A stretch of 64,000 nucleotides of DNA from Vitrella brassicaformis CCMP3155 (taxonomy: Eukaryota > Protista > Chromerida): NCBI GenBank assembly GCA_001179505.1, contig CDMY01000422.1, positions 16,075 through 80,074 on the forward strand. The letters are read 5' to 3'. The notes under the pieces were generated by a model. That model had not been told where the DNA came from, did no database searches, and saw nothing but the letters and a program-made list of their open reading frames with translations. The translations under genes and the position numbers were made by a program. Shown here one piece after another: positions 23,893 to 36,107 of the stretch; the first letter of the stretch is position 1; the number at the start of each line of letters is the position of its first letter.

Positions 23893-25332
23893 GTGAATTC
23901 ATGCTTTCTGGATCGAGGAGTAAGCATGAGGTGACTCCATGCTTTCTGGCATGTACTCCGCGTGCAAGGGACCCACTTTGTCTGTCTTCCCCTCCCCCCG
24001 GCACAACGAGTCTTCAGACGCTTTCGAACTGCAATTTGCACCAGCGTGCGACTGCCATGTTGTCTCCTACCTATGAACATTGACACATTGAAGCTTGTCT
24101 TTTGAAGCCCCCTCCCCCGTTCAAGGGGGAGGGGGCGACATTGCATGGTCCACAAGGCATCTGACTTCACACGGTGTGCCTTTACTGCAATCACCCATCA
24201 GAAACAGCGATCGTCGGCTTCTGGACCAGTGCTACCGCTAATGACTGAGTCCGCTTCATCCGCTCTCCCCGGATCCTTGCAAAATACCGTCAAATCGTTG
24301 CATCTCTTGCACGCTCCCTTTCAGGATTTACCCTAAAGGTCAGCCCGTGGCCAATCGCGATCACTGGAAATTTGTGTACATTCGACTTTGGTGCGACATT
24401 TTGCCTGGTGTCCCTTCCCGATCGCCTCCCATTACTCGGGGGCCCCTCCCCCCTCGTAACCGTTCGTCGAGCCGCGTTCGCGGCGAGGCCCATCGAGGAG
24501 TAGCAAGCATGAGGTGAATTCATGCTTTCTGGCATGTACTCGCGCGTGCAAGGCCCCACTTTGTCTGTATTCCTCTCTCCCCAGCATAACGAGTCTTCAG
24601 ACGGCTTTCCAACTCCAATTTGTGCCAGTGTGCGACTGCCTTATTGTCTCCTACCTACACCCCACCAGGACGAAATTGACTTGTTTCGCACTTGTTTCGT
24701 CTCTCTGTAGACTGATGCCTGTGAGGTAGGATGTGATTGTCGGCTGAAGGTGTGCATTGCGTGTTCGCCGGTGTGTTGCCGACGGCCGCCAGGCAGCAGA
24801 CATTGGCTATCGGTTGATCATCCGTGCATCGCATTGATTGAGACGCCATGAGTCGGCTGATCGGCCAGGAAACGCAAGCATGCACCAGGGAGTAGTCGGC
24901 GGGCATCAGGCTGCATACCAGCGGTCATCAGGGAGCACTCGGCAGGCGTCAGCGGCCCGGATTTCTGCTTGTGAGACTCGGTTTTCCTTTTCAGCCTCCA
25001 AAACCCGGTTTTCTGTCCTCAAGACGGGTTTTCTGTACACTGTACAGGGCTGCTGGTTTTCTGCACGAGCAGCTGCTTTTCTGTAGAGAGGCTGGTTTTC
25101 TGTACAGAGACAGACAGTCGGGGATAATACGTTCATAACAGTGCAATGACAGTGCAGCGTCCCTTTCACGGTTTAGTAAAACGAGTCTGTGCGAGTCCAT
25201 AGAAAATCACGAGTCAGGAGAAGGTGGATAAGCAATATTGGTGCGAAATTTGTTCCTTGCCGACCGCCTCCCACACGGGGGCCCCTCCCCGCTCGTAACC
25301 GTTCGTCGAGCCTTCACGGCAGGCCCATCGAT
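23893..25332. repeat. Mosaic of local direct duplications (23912-24075 ~ 24492-24655; 24385-24495 ~ 25232-25332), a GGTTTTCTG array, and a LINE 3' fragment (25186-25225)
   Basis: Shared strings ATCGAGGAGTA..AAGCATGAGGTGA..CATGCTTTCTGGCATGTACTC and GGGGGCCCCTCCCC.CTCGTAACCGTTCGTCGAGCC. TCTGTG.GAGTCCATAGAAA.TCAC.AGTCAGGAGAAGG also occurs at 330-368. Confidence 0.8.
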
Positions 25333-26299
25333 CGATCATGCTCATATACGCAGAGTTGTATTGCCTGTAAAGAAAGATCTCTAGAGAAAGATGGCTTTTG
25401 AGTGGCGAGATGACTTTCTGCACTGCCTTCTTCGATCACTAGCTCGCAACGAGTGGAATTCTCTGGTGAAGCGTTATCCATCGAGAGGGAGATTCGAGTC
25501 CCTCAATGCACTGAATTGAGTCACCCTGCAAAGTACGTACAGAGAGAGACAGAGCAGGCGGATCAATCCATCCATCCATCTATCAACGACTCATTTTTTC
25601 TGAGTGTCTCAGTGCTGTGCCGATGCGTCTCAGTGTTCTCCGGGGCGAAAAACAGGTTTTCCCATGTTAAAGTCGCAAACCCAAGGGAGGAGCCTTCAAC
25701 GAGCAGACCAATGAAAACATTTACGTCTGACCAACTAGTTGTCGGACGCATTGACTGCAGAGAGGCATGTATGTCCCAGAGGTGCTACGTGAGGGCATCG
25801 ACCAAGTGTGTGTTATGCATCAGGGCAGAAGCCTCTTATTTGAAAAACGGAAAGGGGGTGACAAGCGAGGAAGGGGTACCAACGATCGGAAGAGTAGTAT
25901 TGAATATGAGGGTTCGGCCAACTGATATTGGGGGTGTTTGTTCGGTCAGCTTTGCTATTCACTCAATCTAGTCAATCACATCCTTCTCTCCTTCCTTCCT
26001 CGCCGTGTTCACATTCGCCAGCGGGGCCTACCGGCGCCGTGGGTCCTGTTGAGGTGCATGGGGGTGGGAGACGGCGCCCTGACAGAGACATGCATGCCAC
26101 GCCACCACAGGTGGGCCGCTGAGCGGGTACATGGACGGGCATTGCAGCGTCGACTGCCTCCACCGACCATCGGGTGCAAGCGTATATACATGAATTCGTA
26201 CCGCTTGAGATGGCCTGACAGTGTGCGTCCCGATCTGCCGCCAGCCGTGATGGAGTGTCCTCCCGCGAACTTGTCCAGGAGCAGCCCACTGCCACCACT

Positions 26300-29200
26300 C
26301 ATCGAAAGCAGAGTAGTCGTGGGGGCAGGTACAGATACACCAACCGCTGGACAACAAATAACGGCGTGACTGCTGTGTTGCGTGTGTATGGAGACATGAG
26401 CGTACCTGGCGACGCGGGTCGCGAGTGGTGCGGTGATGGCGGGCGACCGTTGAGGGTCCCCCGCAAAGGACCAGGAGACGGAGGGCGGCCTGAGAGCGAG
26501 TGAGGGAGGAAAAAATGCCTGTGTCGTCTTGTACGGTCTGTCATCGAAGCCTCTTGTTTAGCGGACCATGTGTCAGGTATGGTCTCGAGGATGGCGCGGT
26601 TGATGGCCTCTTCTTGCGCATTGCATTGCTGCCGTACTGCTCCTGGCACTCGTCCTCACTGCTCCCCACACGGGCGCTCCCATCACCGCGAGGTCTGAAG
26701 CCGCCGGACCGCTGTGATTGGCCATCTGCACGACACAAAGACATACACACAAACGCACACCCAACACTTGCGGCAACCGAATCGCAACACTGTGGTCGCT
26801 TCGGGTAGCGGTCAGACAGGTGCGGTGTGCGATGAGGTCACGGACCATCTCGGTTGAGGTTTCCGTACAGGGTACCATTGCCAAAGCCGTTGGTCATCTG
26901 CACACAGCCAGCGGTGACACACACCCACACACAGTTTGGTGCAATGGGACACAAGCGCTAGCCAGACTAGTCCTCCAGCCTCGCTCACCACTCTACTCTT
27001 CTCGTATCCGGCGAAGGCCCGTGATGCCGATGCGTTAGACCCCCCCAGACGAAGAGGGCCGGGCGAACCTTTTCGAAGGGATGCGCTGTTCGGACACAGC
27101 AAACAATATATACCAGCCCCTTCCACTGCCACGTTAGCAGGGGGCGTCCTCTGGCCCAACTTTATTGACCTGCTTCCACGCTCTCGCTGGCTTGCTCCGA
27201 GCATCGGTGACGGTTCGCGGACTCTGCACAAATATGAGAACACTGGATGGTGGCGATTGGTCACTTCCATCGTGCCCACCGATTCGGTGGCGTAACCCCT
27301 GAGTCTCGCCTCGAGCTCCCCCTCTCGCGGTACGCTCCGTATGCCCCAGTGAGATGCAAGGATCCCCCTTCCGCCATGCGGTCGCGGTTGTAGGTGTTGT
27401 TGAGGCTTCCTCCCACTCCGCCCGCCACGGACGCACCTGCAGGGTCCCCTCCCAGCCCCAGCCCGACAGTCAAGCCCATCGATGCAGCCTGCCGGGACTC
27501 CGCACCATTGGCCGATGTCGGTGAGCCCTGACGGAGCATCAGTGGGGGCGTCGACGGACGAGCCGAGCGGGTATCCAGTGCCCGTGCCTGCCTTCCGTTG
27601 GTGGTGTGCATCGGCAGGAACCCGTCGGCAGCGCCAAGGTTATGCGGTGCGTTCAATGACAGCGAGGAACCCAGAAAAAAGCTGCCCAAGGCAGCACCAC
27701 TGTGCGAACCATTCTTCAGCTCACGGACAGATGCAGTGTTCCTACGCACATAAAAAGATACATTCATTGCCGCCTGTGGCTGCATTGAATCATCCAGCCA
27801 TCCATGTATCGGGTACCGGAAGGCAGCATCTTGGTCAAACACGTCCCGGTAGAGTCCCCGGCCTGACACACGAATGAGAACGTCCAGCATCCATCAACAT
27901 CAGACAGGGTAGCGCCATAACAAAGGTCGCATCGGTTCGCGCTCAAGGCGCCCTTACGGAGAATGCTCCGAGCGTTCTCGGACGTACTGCGATGCTCGCC
28001 ATGGCCATCCTCATCTGCAGGAATCATGAAGAATGAATGAAAACGTACGCCTGCCTGGTACGAACCGACTCGACTGACTGGCTGACTGACAATGGCTTGC
28101 CACATGAATGAGTGCATGCATCGCCCGGCAAACGGTGCTGCTGACCTTCGCCAGTAGCCCATGGGAAAACCTCCCTCCTCTGCACGGCTTGCGTGAACCT
28201 GCTAGGTGCATGAGAGGCCTCATCCTGCACAGACAGAGACACAGAGAGACGGACGTGCATGGTACGATGGACTACTCAACCACGGCGCACCTTGTTGTTG
28301 GCTTGTGTGAGCCCCGTCCCGTTGCTGTTCTGTGATGTGCGGTAGTCTCTGTTGGATTGTGCTGTATCTGTGGGCGAAGGCTGCCCGTCATCGACGACCG
28401 ACGTAGGAGTGTCGATGTCAGCACGTGCCTCGGCGGGGGGGATGTATTGATGGCGTTTCAACATCTTGAGCTGCAGTCCACGACAGCTGTCACCGGCTGA
28501 ATAGGGCCCGCTGCTGGTCTTGACACCACTCGTGCTGTCGCATACATCTGAACCAACGTAATCTCTACGTCATATCTTCATATTTGCAGTGTTCACCGAC
28601 CTGATGAGTCCTTTCGGCTACACCTTGCGTCTTTAGTAGTGTATAGAGAGGCGGGTGCAGCAGGTGCTATGTCATGCGCACTGGCGCCGGCATTCTTTGT
28701 CAAGGATCCCGACTCAGGCCCCACGGCGGCCCCCGAGACACCGGCATTGAGGTTGCTGGCAGCCGCACCGGACATCTCCTTGCCTGTCCCCTGCCTCTGT
28801 GCCCCGCTGGATTGCTCGGTGCCCATGGCCACCTCCCGACCCGCATTCAGGGCCCCCGCCACTACTCCATTGGGAGCCTGCGTGCACGTCTGACCGCCTT
28901 GAGGAGCCTTCGGCTGAGGCAGCTGCTGGAAGAACGCAGATGATGACACTACACCGTTGCTGCTCGCTGAAGTGTGGGCCTGGCTACTGAAGAACTGCTC
29001 GCCGACGGAACTGGCGCGCAGAGAGGGCACGAAAGCGGTCGTGTGCTGCGATGTATCTGCACCCACAGGAGACAGACAGACAGACAGACACGTGAGTATA
29101 ACGAGAGGGACAGCCTCCCTCCAGGGCTGCCTCGACTGACTGACCGACCTACCCTTCGAGGGCCCTGAATCCAACAATGTGCCACATAACTTATCTCCGG

Positions 29201-30771
29201 CCCTCTGCCCGTCATCCGCTGGAGCTACGGTTTTGCCGGTGGAGCTGCTCGCAGCGAGAGCAGTGGATGATGATGCTGAGGCCGGGACGAAGGTGGCACT
29301 AGCTACCGAGGGCGACGGCGTGCTGGCGCTGGCGACTCTGTTCTTAAGAATGGACTTGAGGGTGGCTTTGGTGCCGTTGACGGTGCTGAAACTGGGCGGG
29401 TCCGTCGAGAGGGGAGCTGCTGACGAGGATAGGTTGGTGGTCTCGAGGCGCTCCTTGTCGTCCGCGCCGCGGTCCGCCCACGCCAGACGACGCGTGCCGT
29501 TTGAAGGCTCGCCGGGACCCGGCGCGCTCGGCGACGACGGCTGCGCTGCAAAACAACAAATAGGTCCCAGGAGTAGGGAGAAAGCGCAAATGACAAATAC
29601 TAGCGTCGGGGAGCCACAGTTACTCGAAGCAAGATTGTCGTTTCGTGAGTTAATGTAGGTATTCCTCAGCAAAAGTTCCTCCGAGTCCAGGTCGGCTACA
29701 GGGCCGTCTGAAGAAGCACATGCAGAGTAAGTGAGAGACGTTCGGTGGAAGGCGCTACCGCCTGCGGCACTTGACACACAGATTCGTACCATTCCAATCG
29801 ACGGATCGTTTTTTGTTGAGGTTGGGTCCGAAGAGCCTCTTTTCGTAGTCCTCGAGCTGCTTCATGAAGCCCCGCTTGATCTGAATGTCGCCTCGACGAG
29901 ACGTCAGGTACTCGATGGTCTTCTCCAGTGACCATTGGTACCTGCATTCACAACACATACAGACCCAGACACGGGGCACCGCACCCATACCGGCAGTGGA
30001 GCCATTACATCTCGCGCGGCCCCTGGCCTCAGGTGTGCACGTCTGTGTGTCTGTCTGTCTGTCTGTCTGTGCCGTCGAGTCACACGCTTGGAGACGTGCA
30101 TGTGTGTTTTATGTAGGTACCTCTTCATCAGGTAGGCGACGACGATGCAACAGGACCGTGACTGCCCCCGGAAGGAGTGGATGAGAACTGACTCGCCCTC
30201 ATCGACGCTTTCTTGAATAAACGCCGCCACCTCGTTGGCAACCTGATCTCGGTTGTCCAGGATCAGCTGGGGAAACATATGGCAAACAAGAAGACCCACA
30301 CAGTAGTGCCAGTCACATGGGCTACCCAGCGGGTATGGCCGCGCATATATATTTTCCCTACCTGGTTGTCATGGTCCATCCAAAAGTAAGTGAGGTACTG
30401 AATGCCGATATTCTCATAGTTGTTAGGCACCTGGCGCCCAGCGCAATTCACGACGTGAGAGACCTGCCATACAAAACCGCCGTCACACATGTTGCCCGTC
30501 CAGAATGAAAAGCCCTTCTCATCCAGACTTCTCAGGAACCTTGTTTGCAAGAAGAAATTCAAAATCGTGCGCTGAAAGCTGAGGAAATTCAGTGAGGCCA
30601 CTGCTATCGTCTACGGCCTTGCACTTGTGGCCTTGTTTTTCATTGCGTACCTCATCGCCGACAAACAGACCATCTTTGACCTGAAAAAGGCGCAAACAGA
30701 CACCCACTGTCAAGTACCTTCATCGACCGACACGCCTAAGGTACCTTGACCGCGCCTAGGATGTCCATCAT
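26300..30771 (-). CDS. Dual-specificity phosphatase-like protein (catalytic Cys->Ser) with a long low-complexity tail; 3' end approximate
   Basis: MMDILGAVK|DGLFVGDE, SHVVNCAGRQVPN, VAAFIQESVDEGESVLIHSFRGQSRSCCIVVAYLMKR, WSLEKTIEYLTSRRGDIQIKRGFMKQLEDYE. Confidence 0.85.
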
Positions 30772-30787
30772 TGTCAACAGTCTCCAC

Positions 30788-30905
30788 TTGGTTGGTTGTT
30801 TATTGTGTTTAACGAGACTCGTGTCTGTAACCCCGGAGGGATCCTGTTGTCTCACGAGTACACTAGCAGCACGTACATGCAAAGCATGCACACGGCCTGT
30901 CTACC
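30788..30905 (+). repeat. Most complete copy of the dispersed ~120-bp GCATGC-rich repeat
   Basis: Contains both halves seen separately at 10.4-10.66 kb, 52.7 kb and 54.4 kb. Confidence 0.85.
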
Positions 30906-31319
30906 CCTCCCTGTACTGGCACCGGCGGACAAAACAGATGGCAACAGAGAGCACTGGCTGCCTTGTAGAACGTTGACAAACACCGATTCCGGCTACATAC
31001 ACAAGAACGGGCGCTGTCGCCCAGCAAGAGCCATGGCAAGTGTACAGAAGCCAGAAGGGGGAAGTGGAAAAATGAGCGCCCTCTGAGCCACCAAAGCAAC
31101 AATCAGCCGCTCCAGCGGCCAAGTGTGGCCTGGCTTTGGGGCAGGCGTGTCCGTAAAACAGCTTGGGGTACCTTGCAAAAAGCCCCCAAGCTCGCATCTG
31201 GAGGGATTGCCAGCTTGGCCCCAATTGGGGTGCACGGACAGGGGCGCGCCGCGCTCACAACGGAGAATTGGACCGACGGAATCTCTTGTGTGGATTTTTG
31301 TCCGGACAATTTTCTCCTA

Positions 31320-31929
31320 GGGAGGTCGAGGCCGGACGCGAGGTGACTCTTCCTCGGAGGATTGGCGTTTACCGTATGTCGAAAACCTCATCGACATGGG
31401 TAGAGTAGAAACATATCACGTACATTCGTTGAGAACGGACTCATCACCAGTATTGATCTATGCGTGCATGCAGGTGATGAGCCACGAAAGGCATGGCGGT
31501 CGGTGTAAGATTACCTTCACTCCAGGGGCCTCGCGCGGGGGCAGCACCAGCATGGAGGCGCTGCTCAAGGCTCTGGAGCTCAAACGGCAGCACCTGTTGA
31601 CGGGCAAGTGCGCCGTCTGTGACACGTCACCCGCACGTGGCGACGAGGAGGGGGACGCTAATCTCACGACGCGGGACAGGCGTCAGCTGGCGGCCATCAA
31701 TGCTGCACTCGGGGTGATCAACACACAGCGCGAGGTGCCGCCTACCTTTGGGACTGGGTGCTTCGTCTACGAGTCCCGCAGGCTGGTCATCATGAGCCAC
31801 AAGCGAGCACCTAAACCAGAGTGCAGAAAGACTTTTCCATGGCACCATGGGAAGCTGCAAGCAATTCAGGACGCTCTTGTGCTCAAGTACGACCATGTGT
31901 TGAAGAGGAGGTGTTGTCAAAAAGATTAG
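31320..31929 (+). CDS. Two tandem AP2-like repeats, open frame when spliced (intron 31400-31473); apparently a 5'-truncated duplicate of the 14.5-15.1 kb locus
   Basis: Spliced: REVEAGREVTLPRRIGVYRMSKTSSTW|VMSHERHGGRCKITFTPGASRGGSTSMEALLKALELKRQHLLTGKCAVC...VPPTFGTGCFVYESRRLVIMSHKRAPKPECRKTFPWHHGKLQAIQDALVLKYDHVLKRRCCQKD*. The intron is phase 0 with GT..AG. Confidence 0.7.
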
Positions 31930-31998
31930 TGGCTCACTTACTATCTGTCTGTGGAGGGAAATTTTCCCGTTGATACCTTTTTCGATTCTCTACGTAGA

Positions 31999-33200
31999 TT
32001 CCGAGTAAGGGGCACCCACTGCGTGGGCACCCCGGGCCGCGAATTGGGCGGGGGTCCAAAGCAGCGTGCGAAGTGGCGGTGAATTATGCGTCACAGAGAC
32101 ATGCACAGCACGAGTGTTGGCGAGAAGCACACCGACGCATGCAACAATAGCGAGAGTGTCAAAAAACATGCAGACAACAATGGCGGGAGCTTGAAAAACA
32201 TGCAGATCTCGAAGACAGACGTGGCAATAACATGCAGGTACTCAAGAGGGCTGCAGTAAGAACACAAGACACGCCCTTGTTGAAGACGTGCTTGGCCAAG
32301 TATATCAATGCATCGATGCATTGATATGTGAACCTATCGATATCCAGCGGTGATATCAATAGACATGTATCAATCTAGCGCGCCTGTTGAAGGGGCTATT
32401 GAAGACTGCCTTCGATGACTGTCAATCGGCTTGTCAATCAAATGGGAGCCGCCAGGGTCAACCCAACGATGACCTGCACCAGCAACGCAACAAGGTAAAT
32501 GAAATCGGCCACAGCCGCGCCACGTCAGATGAAGCAAGCCCCCTGAGTNNNNNNNNNNNNNNNNNNNNNNNNNNNNNNNNNNNNNNNNNNNNNNNNNNNN
32601 NNNNNNNNNNNNNNNNNNNNNNNNNNNNNNNNNNNNNNNNNNNNNNNNNNNNNNNNNNNNNNNNNNNNNNNNNNNNNNNNNNNNNNNNNNNNNNNNNNNN
32701 NNNNNNNNNNNNNNNNNNNNNNNNNNNNNNNNNNNNNNNNNNNNNNNNNNNNNNNNNNNNNNNNNNNNNNNNNNNNNNNNNNNNNNNNNNNNNNNNNNNN
32801 NNNNNNNNNNNNNNNNNNNNNNNNNNNNNNNNNNNNNNNNNNNNNNNNCACACAGACGAGTGTTACGGTTAATGACAGTTTCCACTCTTGCTTTTTTAAG
32901 AAGTTCGCGCCCAGAGATGCCCTTCAAGCATCAGCGGTTTCATGTAGCACCCTAGACGTCCTGACCGCCAAGCTTTTCCAATAACTTGCCGCTTTAGGGC
33001 ATATCCGTTTGACGGTCACTGATCCAAACGTGACAAAAAACATGAAGCTGTTCGACATATTGGCGTGTCTGTAGTAGTGCGAGCAACACATCACCGCTAC
33101 CGATTTCCCTTTTTTCTTCCATACGATCGCGATCGAACGTTTTGTCCGACCGGACGTGTTGTTTCTTAAAGACGCAAATCGGGCACTAGCCCAATTCGCG
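31999..33200 (+). mobile_element. Helitron-like non-autonomous element, copy 1 (Pif1 part expected in the gap)
   Basis: 31999-32548 and 32880-33200 are the reverse complement of 55560-56141 and 54560-54870. It interrupts sequence that is contiguous in the paralog at 14462/14463. Confidence 0.7.
32549..32848. other. Assembly gap (300 N)
   Basis: Run of N. Confidence 1.
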
Positions 33201-33732
33201 GACCAATATGTAGATGGACATATGTAGTAGGTCCTGTTCACTGATGGATGACCGAGATGGGATGGACGGGAGGGTGTAGGGTTTTGTTCCGTCTGGCTTT
33301 CAAACTGAAATATGTCAAAATGATATATGATATGTATAGAATAATCGGCCAAAATTTAATCGACGAAGCCGTTATGGCGACCCCTGCTAGCATCACTGCC
33401 CTCCTCAAGGCGAGGGACAGCGGCCCTTTCAGGGTTGGGCCCACGGTCGTCACACTTTTCTTTTTTGATTCTCTAGTCCCAATGCCGCCAGGCCTAATGA
33501 GTGCTAGCTCCCCATTGCAAACTGTACTGCGCTTGTTCCACGGCGATATATGCTTGCCCTTCACTCGAACTGAGTACAACAGTTGATGACTTTCATGACT
33601 GTCTTTACATGCGCCGTTGTCCCCATCCCCTTCTCCCTTGAACACGCGTTAGACGATAGTTCGCGAACTGGAAAAGCACCGCGCAGATGTACAAACCAAT
33701 GCCATCATCGCATCAATGCCGACCGAAAGAGG

Positions 33733-35886
33733 CTAGATGATCCCACAGGCACCTAAACAACCGAGATACCCATCATGCCGCAAGAAAAGAACATCGAAGG
33801 GCTCCGGGGGCGACCCGAGATCGTCAGCGAGATCGGCAGCTGTTCCCTGAAGCGTCACGCAGATCCATATCGTTTGGCAAACCCAGGCACGCTGGTGCAC
33901 ATCTGCTGTGTGTCCGTTGGCTTGCCACCATGGTCGGCGATCCCTCGGTACTAGCGTCGTGGCCTTCCTGAGCTTCGTGTTGCCGAGTGGCTGAGGCAGC
34001 AGGTGGTGACAATGCTGTCGGTGCTGGTCGGTTCTCCGCGTGCGGCTCGGCCTGGGCGCGTGCGCGATCATGCGGCTGGGCAGCTCGATGCCACGCTTCT
34101 GCGTAGTGGCGGGCGTAAAAATTGACTCCCTCGGTGATCGACTGCATTGTCAATGGCCGATCGTTGATATACTTGCCCGCAAAGAATACCCTGACAGAGT
34201 GAGTGGTAAACGTAAACAAACGAGCGGGGCGTGGTCTCTGTCGACACACCCACCTTCTGACCCTGTGGACACTCCCGATCAAGTATGCGATGTAACCAAG
34301 GTTGTAAGAAACCATGTGTATGAGACTCCGCGCAATGTCCTCCTTCCTGACACAAAACCTCTGCCACGTGTGAACATGTCTCTGGTGTGTCCACATACAT
34401 GCAAATGCACCCGTACTTTGGTGATTACCTCAGGCTTCCTCGCAGCTCAGTTGCCGATACACAGGTGTTCAGGGCGTATATTTTGCCAAAGCTGCTGGCA
34501 AGGGTATCGCCAGGAAGCACTCGACTCCCACCTGGAAAAAGGCAGCGGGACCACTTACAACGCTCTCCGTAACGACTCCCACCAGTTACAACGATGACCA
34601 CTTACTCCGCTCCCCGAAGAGATCTCTGACTTTTAGGTCGAGCACGTCCTCTCCTGCACGTAAAAAGGTATCCCACCACAACAGGCGTCTGTGTGGTCTT
34701 GTTGACCTTTCTCTGACAGTCGAACGACTTCCTCGAAAGACGAGGCGTTGAACAGCAGTCGGGCAAGGCCAAGGACGGTGCCTGCAAGCGCGGTCCAATA
34801 GCGAACACGAGAAGGAGAAGAGGAAAATGAACGCATGCTTTTCAGCGGCCATCACCACCCCGTCCCTACCTCCGCCGATACACGTTCCAGTGACACGCAG
34901 AAACTTATCCGGAGCAGTAGCCTGGCATTGAAATGAACACCTCAGTATCGCCGTCATGGATGGCTGTCCATCTACCTTAAGAATCGACACTCCAGACCCA
35001 ATGTTGACGACAAGGAGGGGATACACGTTCTCCTCCTGGTACATACAGCCAAACACCCTCACTCGGCGTGCATGGAAAGCAGAAAGCTACTGACCAGGTC
35101 GACAGGGACGCGTGTTCTGCTCGTCACATCGAAACGGAACACGATGCTGTCTGTTGCTGAGCAAAAAAAGAAACCAAACAGATCTAATGAGAGAGGGACG
35201 TCCGCGAGGCAGACCTGGTCGGCCGCGGGAACCGAACCCTCGGGAGCTGCTCGCGGACGTCTCGCTCCCCTGCATCCGTCTCGTGCTGTGGCTGTGTTGC
35301 CGGATCAGAAAAGAGAGCCCATTCATCAGCGACTGCATCTCGTCATTCTTGTGAATCTGAACTCCTGCAACTCAAAAAGCCATTCCCACAGGCGATTTCC
35401 GCGCACCATACACAGCTTTGTTTGTCAATACCAAGCTTCTTGCTGAGGAGGTCTTGATACTTGAATGCTCCTCCTCCGGTAACCTCCAGTGCCTGACCGG
35501 GTCTTACACCTACGACATCTGTAGGAAGCAAGACGGTAACGGACGCACACACACTGAAGCGCAGCGGGAACTCATCATCCTCACCCCTCAAAAATGTGAT
35601 GAGATCCCCCATCTGTTTTGTCTGGAAATGAATGAAGCGCAGAGTGCGACCGTCCCCCACTGCAAAACACACAGAAGGAAAGTCGACACGCCCTGTCATT
35701 CACGGCCTGCGTACAGTCCAGCTCGAGATGGTCGTCTGGCGGAGAGAGCCCTTCGCTTTGATTGTGTGTTTCCCCTGTCGAGGAGAAGACGACCTTTGCT
35801 AAACTTCCGCCGACATCAAGACCAATTTTGGGTGCTCCTGCGAGGGCGGGGGTAAGCGGAGGAGCGGATGACTCACTGGAGCGCAT
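33733..35886 (-). CDS. PANK: Type II pantothenate kinase, multi-exon
   Basis: IGLDVGGSLAKVV, LRFIHFQT, VTGGGAFKY, EMQSLMNGL, YPLLVVNIGSGVSILKV, RVTGTCIGGG, DLKVRDLFG, KEDIARSLIHMVSYNLGYIAYL, FLRHDGYLGCLGA. Confidence 0.93.
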
Positions 35887-36107
35887 GATAGAGCGTCGAC
35901 AATTGAGTCCTTTTTGTTCTTGGCGAGGAACGAACGAACGATCGCGTCCAAGAAAAAGGGGAGCAATCCATCTTCATCGTCGTTTTTTCGGCAGAAGTCA
36001 TAGCACGGAGCCACGTAGGCAACAAGAACAGGGAAGAAACTCGTTTCGCCCACCTGCTTCCTTGCATGTTGCAGCCGGTCTGCCAGTCTGTCAGCGTGTT
36101 TCTCAGC

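Noticed and set aside
32370-32927. ORFs spanning the N gaps (also 46424-47138)
   Set aside because: Artefacts of X translation through gaps.
33186-33189. CTAG as a canonical Helitron 3' terminus
   Set aside because: Homology between the two copies continues past it, and no subterminal hairpin precedes it.
33824-34400. Transposase (KDZ-like) or tyrosine recombinase
   Set aside because: The segments are better explained as pantothenate kinase exons (KEDIARSL, FFAGKYINDRPLTM).
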